Notes: a model not told the origin generated them from the letters alone. A stretch of 64,000 nt of DNA from Catajapyx aquilonaris (GCA_000934665.2 KZ538090.1:62001-126000), one strand, 5' to 3'. Shown: positions 1 through 13,836, numbered from the stretch's first letter. Made by a program: numbers and translations.

Positions 1-2710
1 CCATCAATTTCTGGGTGCTCATCAAATAGCTCATCTGTCCGATTGCTTCCAACACACTTTGTCGCACCTAAAAATGAAATTTCCATATCATTGAAAATTA
101 ATTGTTCAAATAAATAAGAAAAAAATCTAATCAGGAATGTTAAAAATTGTAGCAACCTTTGGTTCCCTGCTGTTCAGCCATACACTGAAAAGTATGTCAT
201 ATGCTACGTCAATTTCAGTGCAAAAAAACTCCCTCTTGACAGACTTGTCAGGAGCACTGTCAATGTTCACCAGGTAGTCAGAAATGGCTTCGCTGAATTT
301 GGCAAATGCTACAAAATACATAAAGGAATCACAATATTAACAGGATTGCATGCAAGAAATGTACACTTTACACCTTATGCTAACAAAGCATCATCTTGTC
401 AGTTACCAATAAGTATAATTCATAGTTCTGCAAATGCCTGGGTAAAACAGAGTTCCTCTTGCTTTCACTTATCTCAACCATAAATTACAACTCCTGTCAC
501 ATGACTGATAACCAAAATAAAGTACCCTGACATTTTAAGTGACCATCGATCAGGAAGTTCCTAGACATAGCAGCATCATAAACTGGCCATGAACTGGGCA
601 AGAAACACATGGGGATGACCTTTGCCATGGATCGGAAGAGATGACTAGTATATGTATCTCAGTTTCAGGCCAAGCCTCCTAGAGAGCAACACGTTTGCTA
701 GTGAATATGCTGCACCTGTCAAGTGGATAGTTCACGTTCGAATGTTCCATCTGTTACTAATAAATGAAGAATGCATTCCATATGAAAAATTATATTATTG
801 ATTTATAAATATATTGCGGCACTCTTAGCAGCTTAGATTAAGATATGGATTTGATTTCATATCTGAAAATCATACTGAGTCATACATTCACATGGCAGAC
901 GTATACTTCAAGCATGATGCACACCAGTGCAGTGGTGGCAGGAAAACACAAAATTTCATGTCCACAAATTTCTCTGCTCATCCATTTTCTTGCCCAGGGG
1001 AAAAAACAAAACGTGTATCCCAGCCACAAAGGCCCAAAGGCTGCCATAGTGGGCATTCCAATTGAAATGTTCCTGTCAGCAATTTTGTTCTAAACTACTT
1101 TTTTAAAAACAGTTACTGAAGTAGTTGCTTTAGCAGGTTCATTGAAGTCTTAACTCATAATATTAAGCTGAACTGAATGGTGTGTCCAAGCCCTAAATCA
1201 CAGTGAATGAACAATGGGCATCGAATTTCAGGTGTAACCGATATTTTTACAGGGCACACCCCTTTCTAGGCATAAAAAATACGGGTCAACAAAATATTAT
1301 ATTACCACATTTTGACAACCACTGAGAGTATTAATAAAAAGTAAGTGTTTGAAAAAAGGACCCTAGTGCCAAAAAATTGCTAACCAAAATGGTTATTTTA
1401 CTTGGAACATCATGTATGTAGAATCATGTATGTAGAAGAAGGCCTAGAGATGAAGTGCTTCTAAACCTATTTCTGACACAAAAATAAATTGATTCAACAA
1501 ACCATATGAGAAGATCCACTTCATATTGTCGTACTTGAGCATCCCCATCATTGGGAGCATGGTCCCTAGGATGGCCTTCAAGAAGGGAACTATACCAAAC
1601 ACATTGACAGAGGCCAGAGTAGCCATTGTCTGCACCAAGAAAAACTGTGGCACCACTCCCGGCTGAAATTTAAGCAAAAGTCCCTCCATGACTTCATGGC
1701 AAAATCGCTGGCCCAAAGCCACAAGTATTCCTGAGGCCGGCTTCTGGTAGTCTGGAATAACATCGCCAGTTATGGTGATTTCATTCACAGCTAGGGTTAC
1801 TAGAGCTGGCACTTCATTTGGGTCTATAAAGTCCACTTCTTCTTTGCAGATGGACTCCAAGGCACAGAGGAAGACTACTCTCTGTTGCACTGCCAGCTGA
1901 AAATTAATAAGAACGCAAGGATTAAAGCCACCTATCACATACCCAGAAAAGTCAAGCAATAAAATTATAATTGAGGAAACAGACTGCCATTTTAATGACC
2001 AGCTTAAGTTTTATATACCTCCCATAACCACCAAACCTTATAGTTCCTTCAATTTATATCTGCTTAAAGGCATGAGAAGTTTGCGCGGAAGGTTGGGAGA
2101 CACACTAGCATTTTTGTTAAGGTCAAAAATTATGACTGTATTGGAGCCTACACAACTACAAAGCTAAGAAAATTAAGAAGTGAGAAAACTACCCCAATTT
2201 TAGCAGCAGCTTGACATCGTGAAATGGTGCGTGCTACACCTGAACAGTGAAACGCACTACCCAATTATTATTCGTATCATTACAGCATTATTATCCATGC
2301 ATGGGTTGACACCCCTCTCTCTTTCAAGTAGTACGTCCCTTCCCTCTCCAAACTTTCGCAATGCCTTCGCTGGAGGCCTCCACTCCTTCAACTGACAACT
2401 TGCGCGTAAAAAACGACTGCTTAATGGATCAACCACCTTTGAATTTTCATCCATGAGCTTCTTCACCATGTGCAGCACAAGTCCTGTCTGCCTGTGCCCA
2501 ATCCTCTTGACGGCCTGGCATATCGCTTCCCTCACTTCCTCCTGCTTGTCCACTGCTGCCTGCAGCAAATTCTCAACCATCACTGAAACAGCAAGGACCG
2601 CATGAGACTCCGCTTCCAACAGCACATGCTCTCAGCATGCCCTCACCTTCAATGCACTGATTCTGCGGACCAGCATGGACCACCCCATTGGTCTCCTTCC
2701 CCTCAGACAT
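1..2710 (-). CDS. MROH1: Maestro heat-like repeat protein (MROH1-like), 5' part; runs off the left edge
   Basis: Phase-consistent GT-AG exons 2647-2710 (ATG, MSEGKETNG...), 2437-2582 (VMVENLLQAAVDKQEEVREAICQAVKRIG), 1503-1896 (...QKPASGILVALG...LLLKFQPGVVPQFF...VFGIVPFLKAILGTMLPMMG), 157-308 (AFAKFSEAISDYLVNIDSAPDKSV) and 1-67. The sequence resembles the MROH1 N-terminus as recalled. Confidence 0.85.
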
Positions 2711-3116
2711 CTTCAATAATATTATTGTCACTTGTCAAAGAGCTTCACATGAACCTGCAGTGAGTGGTGACTGCAACCAGCTGGAATGCAGGCGGCCGTC
2801 ACCTGACCCGGCCTTTATCTTCCGTCGATGTCACTCTTATCAGGGCATCGGTAGTAAACAAAAACAAAAAGTCACCACCCCGACCCCCTCCTCCCCCAAC
2901 AACAACCCGGCCACACTCCCCCGCAGCAAGTACTGGTCAGGTGACACGATGCAACGAAGAAGAAAAAAAACCGCAACTACTTGCAATCGTCCATTCACAT
3001 GGAAAGTAGATGGCGCTTGTGTTGTCCTGAACTACTGGGAATCGCCCGTGCACAGTAGTTGCACAAGGGGCGGACTGGGCACGTTGTTGGGTCTGTGAGA
3101 GGAACCTGGGCTCAAG
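2711..3116. promoter_or_regulatory. Probable bidirectional promoter between MROH1 and ELP3
   Basis: The two ATGs (2710 on -, 3117 on +) are head-to-head and about 400 bp apart. The interval is CpG-rich and contains an AGATGGCGC motif near 3009. Confidence 0.6.
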
Positions 3117-5589
3117 ATGGGCCAGAAGAAGAAAAAGGGTGAGTCCAGATGCAATTCAGAAACACCTCAGGAGTAACGAGCATGTGAGATATGTGGTCGC
3201 ATGGATGGATGTATGGTGCAATGTGGCACTTGAACTACCGTCCGGATGTTGGAGAAACAGGGCAATGATGATTGTGTTCCGACAGATACGCAGCTGAGCA
3301 AGCAGGAGCGGATGCTGCTGGTGATTACGGAGATCATTCAGGAGCTGATACGCTGCCATAAGGAGGGGAAGGATGTCAACCTGAACAGGCTCAAGTCGCA
3401 AGTGTCGTCCAAGTATGGGCTGGACTCCTCGCCCAGGCTGGTGGATATCATCGGAGCTGTGCCGCCAGACCATAAGAAGACTCTGCTGCCCAAACTTAAG
3501 GCCAAGCCCATTAGGACGGCCAGTGGGGTAAGAGTGCTGCTGGTGTTGTACGAAACATGCGTGTTGAATACAAAGGGTGGAATTTTCGTCCCACTGCTAG
3601 GTAGCCTACTGCTAACAGTACCACTGGCAACACTGGTGCAGCTAAGTTAGCAGTACCTAGCAGTGGAATGAAAATTCGACCTCAAGTCTTTATGTTGGCA
3701 AGTTATGATTTCAGCTTTGCCTTTGTACCAAAAATCGACTGAAATTGATATTCACAGTATGAGTGCCCAGGCCTAACATCCAATTTACAGTTTCAAATAT
3801 TTCACTAAAGAGAGCCAAAGATGGATTGCAGGCTTATTATAACTTGAAGTAATTCTCATAACACTGTATTTCTTCAGATAGCAGTGGTGGCAGTGATGTG
3901 CAAGCCCCACCGCTGCCCCCATATCAACATGACTGGGAACATATGTGTGTATTGCCCTGGAGGACCTGACTCTGACTTTGAGTATTCCACCCAGTCATAC
4001 ACAGGATATGAGCCCACTTCCATGAGAGCCATCAGAGCTAGATACAACCCTTATCTGCAAACGCAACACAGAGTAGAACAGGTTAGTGTTTTCGACATTT
4101 TTAAGCAAAGTCTGAAAAAGTTATAAGTGACTTACAAGACTTGTCATGTTTCACTATTTCCAGCTAAGGCAGCTTGGCCACAGTGTTGATAAGGTGGAAT
4201 TCATTGTGATGGGTGGTACATTCATGTCCCTGCCTGAAGACTACCGTGACTATTTCATCCGCAATCTCCATGATGCCCTGTCGGGACACACCAGTGCCAA
4301 TGTGGCTGAGGCTGTTCGCTACTCCGAGCACAGCCGCACAAAATGCATTGGGATTACTATTGAGACACGCCCTGACTATTGCCTAAAGCGTCATCTGTCT
4401 GACATGCTGAACTATGGCTGCACCCGCCTAGAGATTGGAGTTCAGTCTGTGTACGAGGACATTGCCAGGGACACAAATCGGGGGCATACAGTCAGGGCCA
4501 CATGTGAGAGCTTCCACCTTGCTAAGGATGCTGGGTTCAAGGTTGTGGCCCATATGATGCCTGATTTGCCGAATGTGGGTTATGAGCGGGATGTGGCCCA
4601 GTTCACAGAATTCTTTGAAAACCCCATGTTCCGTGCAGATGGCCTCAAGATATACCCCACTCTGGTCATTCGAGGGACTGGATTGTATGAGTTGTGGCAG
4701 TCAGGGAGGTACAAGTCGTATCCACCCAACATGCTAATTGATCTGATTGCAAGGGTGCTGGCATTGGTGCCCCCTTGGACTAGAGTGTACCGAGTCCAGC
4801 GAGATATTCCTATGCCACTTGTGAGCTCAGGTGTTGAGCATGGAAACCTGCGGGAGTTGGCTCTGCTCCGAATGAAGGATCTTGGACTTGATTGTCGGGA
4901 TGTTCGGACAAGGGAGGTGGGCATTCAGGAGATTCATCAGAAGGTAAGGTCAATGAAACATTTATCCTAGAACTGAGTTGTCTAGATGATCAGCCATTGA
5001 ATTCATGTCGCTGGAAGTAGTACTCCAGTGATTTTATTTTGTCACTATAAACCCCGTATTTTAAAAATATTTGGACTCAGCTAGATAATTGCAGGAAAAC
5101 GAGTGATGATGCTTATAACTGGATTGTACAGTATTTTAAGTTTTATAATATCCATGGCAGTAATTTAACATGAATTTCCACAAACAGGTTCGCCCATATG
5201 AAATTGAGCTGATACGTCGAGACTACCATGCAAATGGAGGCTGGGAGACATTCTTGTCTTATGAAGACCCTGAACAAGACATTCTGGTTGGATTGCTTCG
5301 CCTCAGGAAATGCTCTGAGGAAACTTTCCGGCCTGAGCTGAAGCCCAATGCATCTATTATTCGTGAGCTGCATGTGTATGGCAGCGTTGTGCCTGTGAGT
5401 GCAAGAGATCCAAACAAGTTCCAGCATCAGGGATTTGGGACTTTACTTATGGAGGAGGCAGAACACATTGCACGTGAAGAGCATGGATCCACTCGCATTG
5501 CAGTTATATCAGGAGTTGGGACACGTAACTATTACCGGAAGCTTGGGTATGAGTTAGTGGGTCCGTACATGGTGAAGAGCTTGGTGTAA
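3117..5589 (+). CDS. ELP3: Elongator complex protein 3 (radical SAM plus KAT domains)
   Basis: Exons 3117-3138, 3286-3527, 3878-4081, 4164-4943 and 5188-5589. Hallmark motifs: [18 protein letters not shown]...[32 protein letters not shown] and [15 protein letters not shown]. Confidence 0.98.
3574..3682. mobile_element. Small foldback MITE in ELP3 intron 2
   Basis: Inverted arms: gggtggaattttcgtcccactgctaggta...actgctaac and gttagcagtacctagcagtggaatgaaaattcgacc. Confidence 0.6.
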
Positions 5590-6363
5590 ATAAATCAAGC
5601 GAGGCCAAATTGCGGCCATAAAATAATGTATTTGCTGGTACAGTGGATGAATTTTAAAGCTGACATTTTGAGATGTGATTGACTAGATTTGGACATGAAA
5701 ATAAAAATCTGGTTATACATACAAAATTACTCTACAATTATTATGCTTTCTTTTCATTCAACATGAACAATTTCCATTTCCTATTACTGAAACTGGCCAT
5801 AATACTGGTATCAAGGATGTAAGCCCATGCTACAAGGAATGCACTAATTCAAGGAGTTTAAAGCATTAAAAAAGTACTGTGGCATCCAGCATAACTTTCA
5901 ATAACATTATAATATTAAATAACAATGTATGGATGGAATGTGACAGGCATGACTGAAAATGCTTAGGATGCCAGTGCACTATTTAGTTGACAAGCCATGG
6001 TGATATGAAAGTCTTTGGCTCATGTGGTAGCTTGTCCTCGTTTCAATCTGGATTCAGTGCATATCAGGTGGCCCACAATCTATGTAACAACTGCATTTAA
6101 TCTGTTTCATACCAATAGAGATCACACATTTGAAAATTGGCATGAGCCCAATCAGAGCGATTGCAACAGATTTTCTGCTACTGCCTACCGTAATTGATGA
6201 CAATAAAAAATCAACCAGAATAATTATTGTGATCTACATGGTCACTTATTGTAGCATTCAATTCATATAGCCTGACAGCAGTGTTACAAAGATCATGGAT
6301 TACATTGCATTGCTTGACGCATCTCATGAAAAAAATAATTAAACTATAAATTAGGAATAAAAG

Positions 6364-9300
6364 TCAGGTCACAATTGGTTTCCCACTGCCAAACGCGTTA
6401 AAAACCACACACCCAAACACATTCACAAGTGCCGTCATTTGGAAGACAGCAGGCCAACTCTTCGTCACCTCCATAATGTACCCTGCTATATACACCCCAA
6501 CAAAACCTGTTGGCAATAGGGAGTCATTAGGTTGCATCATGTGTTCAAATTCTCATTACCTTCTAATTACCTGGAATGGCTCCAGCAGTGTTCATGAGCC
6601 CAAAGACACTACCAGCATGTCTGGGCGCGAGATCCTGTGGATTGACCAGTATGGAGCAGTTGTGGAAGCCTGATGCAGCAAGTGCTAAAGTCATGCAAGC
6701 AAGGGCAGCGCAAAAACTCTCCACTCTCCCAATCAGGATAAGAGAGACAGCTTGAGTACCCAGGCAGAGGGTCTCCACCAGCTTGCGTGTGGCAGTGACG
6801 CTGCAGCCCCGCCTCAAGCAGAAATCAGTGAGCCACCTCCCAATGAAGACGGCAGGGATGGAGGCCACCCAGGGGATGGTGTTGAAGATCCAGCCTTTGG
6901 CCTCTGGGAAGGTTTCGTGGAAGTAGGTGGGCAGCCATGACAGGAGGATGAAGTATCCATTGTTCTGGCACACATGGCCTATGACACATGACCTACGACA
7001 ACAGAAAAGGTGTGATAATAATAACTAGTAAATTTAACTCCTTATACAGCACACTGTGTTCGTTATCAGCCTGGCTCACCAAAAGGCAGGTGTCCGGAAA
7101 TACGTTAACCAAGGAACAGCTATTCTATCCTTTATGGCTGGCCTGGTTCCACACACTAATCTTCTCCTCTGCATAGCCATGGCCCAGTAGTGCAGCAGCA
7201 ACACCCATGACATTCCAAGAAACCCTGTCAAAGAAACATACATTAACAACCAACTGAATCACTAATAATATCAATCACAACTCACCCACAGTATGAAACA
7301 CAGCAGTCCATCCATATCTGTCTAAGACATAAGAGCCCACTGATCCTGTGATAACAGTTCCTATAGCACCACCGGCAGTCACTGCACTGTAAAAGGAGGC
7401 CCTCTCCTTGGAGCCCAAGTTCTGACTAGACAAGCTGGCCATACTAGGAAAGTGGACTCCCTGGAAAGCACCTAGGAGCACTCTGGAGGCCACTATGACA
7501 TGCATAGCTACTGGAGCTGGTGAATTCAGGTGAATCACTTGGGGCATCCAGAAGGTGAGGAGGGACCACCTGGGGTTAATTTGCTTCATTAAACACATGG
7601 CAATGGAGCTGTGAATTCATTTCACAAAGGCACTAAGGCAGGGGTATTCAACTAGTTTATGACAAGGTCCAGTATTTACCTTTCCTGGGCCATTGAAGGT
7701 CCGGACCCCCCGGTAAAGGTATGGATTTTTTATTTGTATCATTTTTGAAAATAGATACATGTGCCGTAAGGGTAGAAGAGCCAATCAAGACAGGACATAT
7801 TGAGACAATTTCCCCATTACGATGTCCTGCACAGGCGCGTAAGCAGAAAAATTTCGGAGGGGGGCCATTTCATAAGCACAAGGTGAACAAACCGTAAAGG
7901 GCGGGGAGCAAGGCTCCCGCAGGCGATTTTTTTTTTTGGGGAGGGGGGGGGNNNNGGGGGGTTGAAGGTCACACGAGCTTAGGTGAAAGTGGGACTGGGA
8001 GATTTGAATGGGCGTGTATTTGATAAAATTTGTAGCACTTTTTCCAAAGAAATCATGAATTAGTAATTTATCATGCTATTTCAAACCATCCTGTATATCG
8101 TTGCGGTCTGGACAAAATTACGTCGCGGTCCGCCAGTTGAATAGCCCTGCACTAAGGCATCTGATTATTATGAATATTCATAGCTAGGAAACATGGACAG
8201 GTCTATGAGCCGATATGAGTGCATTGAATAACTATAAATCAGCTACCTTATACATTTCAAAATTTTGCTTCGTCCCAGTAAGGACTTTCAATGTATTTTT
8301 CTTTTATATAATAAAACAGAAACCAGTTCTCACTGTCAGTACATTTTTCAGGATAAGAGTGACTCCACTCTACTGTTCAGACAGATTTCACTGTATTACT
8401 GCTACTATGATCAGCTCTTGCTATGATCTACTCCTAAGCAGCCAATCAAATGTTATCTCATGGCAGAAATTTTGAAAATTCTTTACAGTTTTACATGCAA
8501 GACCTATTGTTACTCAAATACCATATCTAGTTGAATAATAATAAGCAATTGATGTTTGCTCATTTACAAGCACCATAAGTTCCCATCCAGCCACATTATT
8601 TTATCGCCTCATACGAGGACGGTTTGATAAGTTTGGTAAATCTCTGACGGATGGCGCGCAATTCAGTTGATGTCACGATTCGAATGCCGCACTCTTCAAA
8701 CCAGTTGAGGCTTGATTTCAGCAAGAACTGGCATGTTGTGCAGACGTTTTAAGAGAGCGTCACAGCAGTTGCTACAACAATGGACAAACACGAATTCCAC
8801 GCAGTGATCCAACTTTTTTTTTTGAAGAAGTGGGCGGCTGTCCAGATCAAATCCGAGTTAGATTAAGTTCACGGACACTCTGGACCATCGTTGAAGACAG
8901 TTTATTTCTGGATTAACGAATTCAAACGTGGTCGAACAAGCACTGAAGATGAAGGGTGCTCAGCCGCCCAGTTAGATCACCCCGACGGATATCGTTGAAA
9001 AAATCCATGGTATCATCATGGAAGACCGCCAAGTGACAGTGCATGAGAATGCTGACACTGTAAACATCTCAACTGAATGAGTGCACAATATTCTGCACAA
9101 TGAATTGCACATGAAAAGCTGTGTGCGCGATGGGTGCTGCGACTGTTGACAGTCGACCAAAAACACACGCCCAAGGACATTTCAAAGGAGTGTTTGGCGA
9201 TATTTAATTGCAATCCGCAGGATTTCTTGCGTCGATTCGTGACCATGGATGAACCATGGATTCTCCACTACACACCTGAGTCGAAGCAGCAGTCCAAGCA

Positions 9301-11150
9301 GTGGACAATGGCTGGTGAGAAGGCGAATATTGTTTTGTCAGCTGGAAAGGTGATGGCCACTGTCTTTTGGGATTCCCAAGGAATTGTCCTGATAGACTAC
9401 TTGGAGAAAGGAAGAACAATAACAGGAGCATATTACGCAACATTATTGGACCAGTTGAAAGAAGTGCTTACACAAAAATGCCCAAGATTGGTGCACAAAA
9501 AAGTGCTCTTCCACCAAGATAATACACCGTCCCACAAGTCGACTGTCGCAATGGCAAAATTGCACGAATTACGTTTCGAAGTGGTCCCTCATGCACCCTA
9601 TTCCCACACTTAGCCGTGAGGGACTTCTTCACGTTCCCGAACCGGAAATTTGGCTCCGTGGGAAGAAATTTTCATCAAAAGAGGACGCTGTCGCCACCGT
9701 CAACGAGTATTTTGCAGCCTTCGAGAAAAGCTACTTTTCCAATGGGATGAAAAAATTGCAAACTTGCTGGACCAAGTGTATAGCCCTCAATGGAGACTAT
9801 GTTGAGAAATAACATCGGTTTTTACCAAACTTATCAAACCACCCTCGTATGAACAAATGTAATAATTGTCAGCTGCCTCACCCCATTTTCACCCCCACCC
9901 TCCAGAAAGAGCAAGAATTTTTAAAAATGGCAGTATAGTACACATTCAAGAATATAACATTCTGACTTTCAGGGAGGAGCTGTACCTAAAGCTCACTGAA
10001 AACCAAGGTGTCCATTACGGCTACTCTGCCGTACAAAATATGCGTGCAGGTTGAACCACCAGTCTACCACCATGACACAACCCATTTATAATAATTATGT
10101 TGCTTCATCACAGGAGTACTGACCCAATGGCAGCCATCATAAGGACCCTGCCTCCTCCAATGACATCACTAAGGTAGCCGCCAACAACCTGCGTTAGTGT
10201 GTACCCCCAAAAGAAACTGGAGAGCACTGTGCCAGTCTCTGTCTTGCTCCAGCCTTCTTCTGTTGCCACAGCAGGTGCCACCAAGGGCATGGTGGTGCGT
10301 GATGAGTACAGGGCGGAGGTGCCCATCAAGAGGGTTATCATCCATGCGTGCGTTTCCCTACTGTTGAAAATACATTTATTAAATTACATTACACACTACT
10401 TACTGTATGTTTCTGTTTTTTTTTAAAATAAAATTGTAAAGCACTAAATGTGACTGTTTTCAGTACCGGTATCTCTTGAGATGCACTGCAGGACCATATG
10501 ATGGTCTTCTGTAGTTAATGTACAACCCGGTCTCTTTTCTTAGGCCTCAATTTGCTTGCAAGAATTTCCAGGAGGTATGGTACAATCTGGTACAATCTTA
10601 ACTCGACTATCCCCTGTGCCACAGCCACACAAGGCATTGATGCAACAACAGCAACATTTTTTCCATTCATTGACTGTGAGTGGAACTACTGAGGTTGTAC
10701 ACATTTGTGCAATTTTTTTCCTGTGTCCATTCCAGCATAAAACTAGCACATCCGCATAAGTTGTCTGTGACAAGTACGGCATCTACCCTTTCAATCAATG
10801 CAGGTGTGTGCAGACACGTGCACCCTCCCCTCCCAGTGGATTGCAATGATGCAACGAATAAAGTAATTCGCATTCGTGAGCAATCAGTGCTGCGCTGGCA
10901 GTTTCCTGTCCGACTGCCACGCATCAATTCGAACGGACAAGATTTCGCAAGCAATGCAAATAATCGCGTTTCTCTCCAATTATTCCACGCCTAGAAGCCA
11001 CCTCTAAAAGGGCGACGCTGTCTACCTGGACCAGACGGGATCCTGCTGCTGTGGAAGGTCTTCCTCGGGTGATGCCAGTTTGATCCTGAGGGGGAATGCT
11101 GTCACTTCCCGCTGCCCAGAATCAGACCTTTCAGATGTGGACGCCGCCAT
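6364..11150 (-). CDS. SLC17A9: Solute carrier family 17 member 9 (vesicular nucleotide transporter-like MFS protein)
   Basis: Exons 11026-11150, 10124-10357, 7286-7569, 7080-7224, 6571-6992 and 6364-6506. Motifs: GTVLSSFFWGYTLTQVVGGYLSD, RVLLGAFQGVHFPSMASL, LLSWLPTYFHETFPEAKGW and VNPQDLAPRHAGSVFGLMNTAGAIPGFVGVY. Confidence 0.92.
7639..8149. mobile_element. Non-autonomous hAT-type element in an SLC17A9 intron
   Basis: TIRs CAGGGGTATTCAACT and AGTTGAATAGCCCTG, flanked by a perfect 8-bp target-site duplication CACTAAGG (7631-7638 and 8150-8157). Confidence 0.85.
8614..9847 (+). mobile_element. Full-length but decayed mariner transposon (Himar1/irritans-like) in an SLC17A9 intron
   Basis: TIRs of about 27 bp (CGAGGACGGTTTGATAAGTTTGGTAAA and TTTACCAAACTTATCAAACCACCCTCG) with a TA duplication on both sides. 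Length is about 1.23 kb. Confidence 0.95.
8780..9812 (+). pseudogene. Mariner DD34D transposase pseudogene
   Basis: Start MDKHEFHAVIQ. Motifs WVLRLLT, VTMDEPWILHYTPESKQQSKQW, SAGKVMATVFWD, FHQDNTPSH, HAPYS and CIALNGDYVEK. In-frame stops and frameshifts are present, including one at the YSPDLAP motif. Confidence 0.93.
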
Positions 11151-11344
11151 CTTTGCACGGCCAGGAGCAGTGGCGCCATCTGTCAAAGTCACAGCCACAA
11201 CCACAGATTTCTGGCCACAACAACACGTTATACATCTTTATTAAATAAAATGTACACTCTGTAAGCTATTAGAGGTCAACAGAATTATTACAATAACTTA
11301 TAAACATAAATAAAGCTGATTGGTTATCATTAACATGCACCAAA

Positions 11345-11553
11345 TATCGATATGTCGAGGATGACAAATCGATTCTCACACCCTGTTCATCCAGCATTTA
11401 ACTGGCCGTTACGACCTAACTGTAGTTCATGCTTATTAACTGTTGACTGCCAGTAGCCAGTTAGCATATTTAAAACTGATCAACTAACCCGCATTAACCG
11501 TGCCAATTGGATATCGATACTTTCGAGGGCGTGACCGTGTGCGAATATCGATA
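11345..11553. promoter_or_regulatory. Three DRE elements (TATCGATA) in the SLC17A9/POGLUT2 divergent promoter
   Basis: Perfect TATCGATA at 11345-11352, 11512-11519 and 11546-11553, between divergent ATGs at 11150 and 11638. Confidence 0.7.
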
Positions 11554-11637
11554 TTTGAATTACGGTACCGTATGCGATCGGCGGTCGTCCATGTTTTCCT
11601 TGAGTTCAATGCCATCGATGGTTCTTCCCTCAGAAGA

Positions 11638-13803
11638 ATGCAGAGTCTGAGTGCCTGGATTCTGGGCCTGGTGGGCCTCGGACTGTGCCGCTCCCAGGAG
11701 GTGGTGGACCCTTCCAAGACAGAGGTTTGGGGCCCAGGACTCACACCAGACGAGATTGTGCTACCTGCCAGATATTTTTACATTCACGCTAACACTAACA
11801 ATGGGACAAGGTAAACTTAACAGGAACTAAGCGGACCCGTTTTTTAAATTAACAGCGGGAGATGCCGAGAGATGGTTTAACGGATTGGAGCTCACTGCAT
11901 GACCTGGTTCTCATGTTTGTTTCGTCCCTGCAGGCACACGTTGTCGCCTGGCGAGGTGTTCCTGGTGACCCTGGTGGGAAGGACAACCCACGGTGACTGC
12001 CACGCTTGGATACAGGTGCTGGACAGATATGACGGCAGCTTCATAGTGAGATACAAGCTGTTTCGGACGTGTTGGGATGTGGTGATTAATGTCCAGTATG
12101 CTGGGCGACATGTGGCGATGTCGCCGTATGTTGTAAAAGGAGCTGTGTATCCAGAAGACTGCAGCTGCCCAACATCTGACTTGCAGACGTACATGCAGAA
12201 ATTGGGCTGCCGCAATTATAGCCAGATCGAGTCAGATTTGTCGCCATTTAAGAATGTGGATGTTGACAGAGTGCTTGAGGAGGCAATCGTGAGGTTCAAT
12301 CACAGTGGGACCTACTCCATCTGCAACTATGTGATTAAGTCAAACCGTGTGTACAGGAGATGCTATGGCCGATATGTAGGTTTTAGCATGTTCATGGATG
12401 CTATGTTGTTATCCCTAGTCCGGAAAACTAACTTTCCTGACACAGAATTCATAGTGAACCTTGGAGACTGGCCTTTAGCTAAAACTAACAGTAAACCTAT
12501 ACCACTGTTTTCATGGTGTGGTTCCAATGAAACACTTGACATTGTTATGCCCACCTACGACATCACTGAGGCATCCCTTGAGTGTATGGGCCGTGTCACA
12601 CTTGACATGTTGTCTGTGCAGAGCAATGGTCACAGGCTTCCATGGGAAGAGAAAAAGAAGATGGCCTTCTTTAGGGGGAGAGATTCTTGCAGGGAGAGGC
12701 TGGACCTGATTGATCTGGGGAGGGCTCACCCAGAGTTACTCAACGTGTCCATCACCAATTTCTTCTTCTTCAGGGACTTGGAGGAGGAATATGGGCCCAA
12801 ACAGAGCCCTGTATCCCTTTTTGACTTTTTTGATGTAAGTTATGTAAGCACTACCCATTAAAAGATAAGTGTCGAGAGACCCTCCAATTGGGGAATGCAG
12901 AAAATAGGACCTTAGCACTGCAGAGGTTGCAATCAAATAATACAGCTCAAGTGGAGTAAACTATTTCAGGCTGCCCAAAGCACTCCAAGCCCAAAACCAA
13001 CTGTCCCTAACAGTCCATGGTGCACATTTTATGCCCTAATGATCTTGCAAAGCAGAAAGAAACATAAATTAACTTAATATAAATTAACATGAATTTTTGT
13101 TGAAATTTTCAGCTGCATAGTTGGGTGATATCTTGCATTATTTTCTTAGGCATGTTGGAGGGCCTCTCCTTTCACTTGCAGGCTGATCACCATTCCAAAA
13201 ATGTAGTCACCTCAATTGGCATGAAAGTTAACTTGAATTTATCTTCCTCTATGTTATGGAGAACCAGTTCAAAAATAATTTCACTTTTTTGGACTCACAC
13301 TGTACCCTACCATTGCAGTACCCCTCATGATTGACTATTCAGTCCTGTCACCAATCACTTTCTTACTATTTCAGTACAAGTACCAGCTGAACATTGATGG
13401 CACAGTGGCATCATACCGCTTTCCATACCTTCTGGCTGGAAATTCTGTTGTGTTCAAGCAAGAATCTCCATACTACGAGCACTACTATTCTGAACTTGTT
13501 CCTTGGAAACATTTCATTCCTGTTCAACGTGACCTGTCAGACCTCATCCAAAAGTTACGCTGGGCCATCTCCCATGACGAAGAAGCCCGGAAGATAGGTC
13601 AGGCTGGACAAGAGTATGCCTGCAAACACCTCATGCCAGTTGACATTTTCTGCTATCATGCATCACTTATTCATCAATGGAGCCAGTTGGTGAAGAGCTC
13701 TGTTAAAGTACGTGAAGGTATGGAACATGTTACACCAAAGAAGCGAGATCCAAAGTTGGGTCCATGCATTTGTGATTCGGCCAGTAGCCATGATGAACTT
13801 TGA
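11638..13803 (+). CDS. POGLUT2: Protein O-glucosyltransferase 2/3 (KDELC1/2-like; filamin-like plus CAP10/GT90 domains)
   Basis: Exons 11638-11810, 11934-12834 and 13375-13803. Signal-peptide-like N-terminus, VWGPGL...VLPARYFYI, LDRYDGSFIVRY, EFIVNLGDWP, FFRGRDS, YKYQLNIDGTVASYRFPYLL, and a C-terminal HDEL ER-retention signal. Confidence 0.92.
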
Positions 13804-13824
13804 CCTTAAGATCCTTTCATGTGT

Positions 13825-13836
13825 AATAAATTTATT
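13825..13836. terminator. Palindromic double poly(A) signal AATAAATTTATT
   Basis: Reads AATAAA on both strands. It lies 22 nt after the POGLUT2 stop and about 220 nt after the MAK stop on the opposite strand. Confidence 0.55.

Noticed and set aside
4580..4924. Antisense ORFs overlapping ELP3 (and similar ones over POGLUT2, MAK, FASTKD, EEPD1 and the kelch gene)
   Set aside because: Shadow ORFs of real coding exons.
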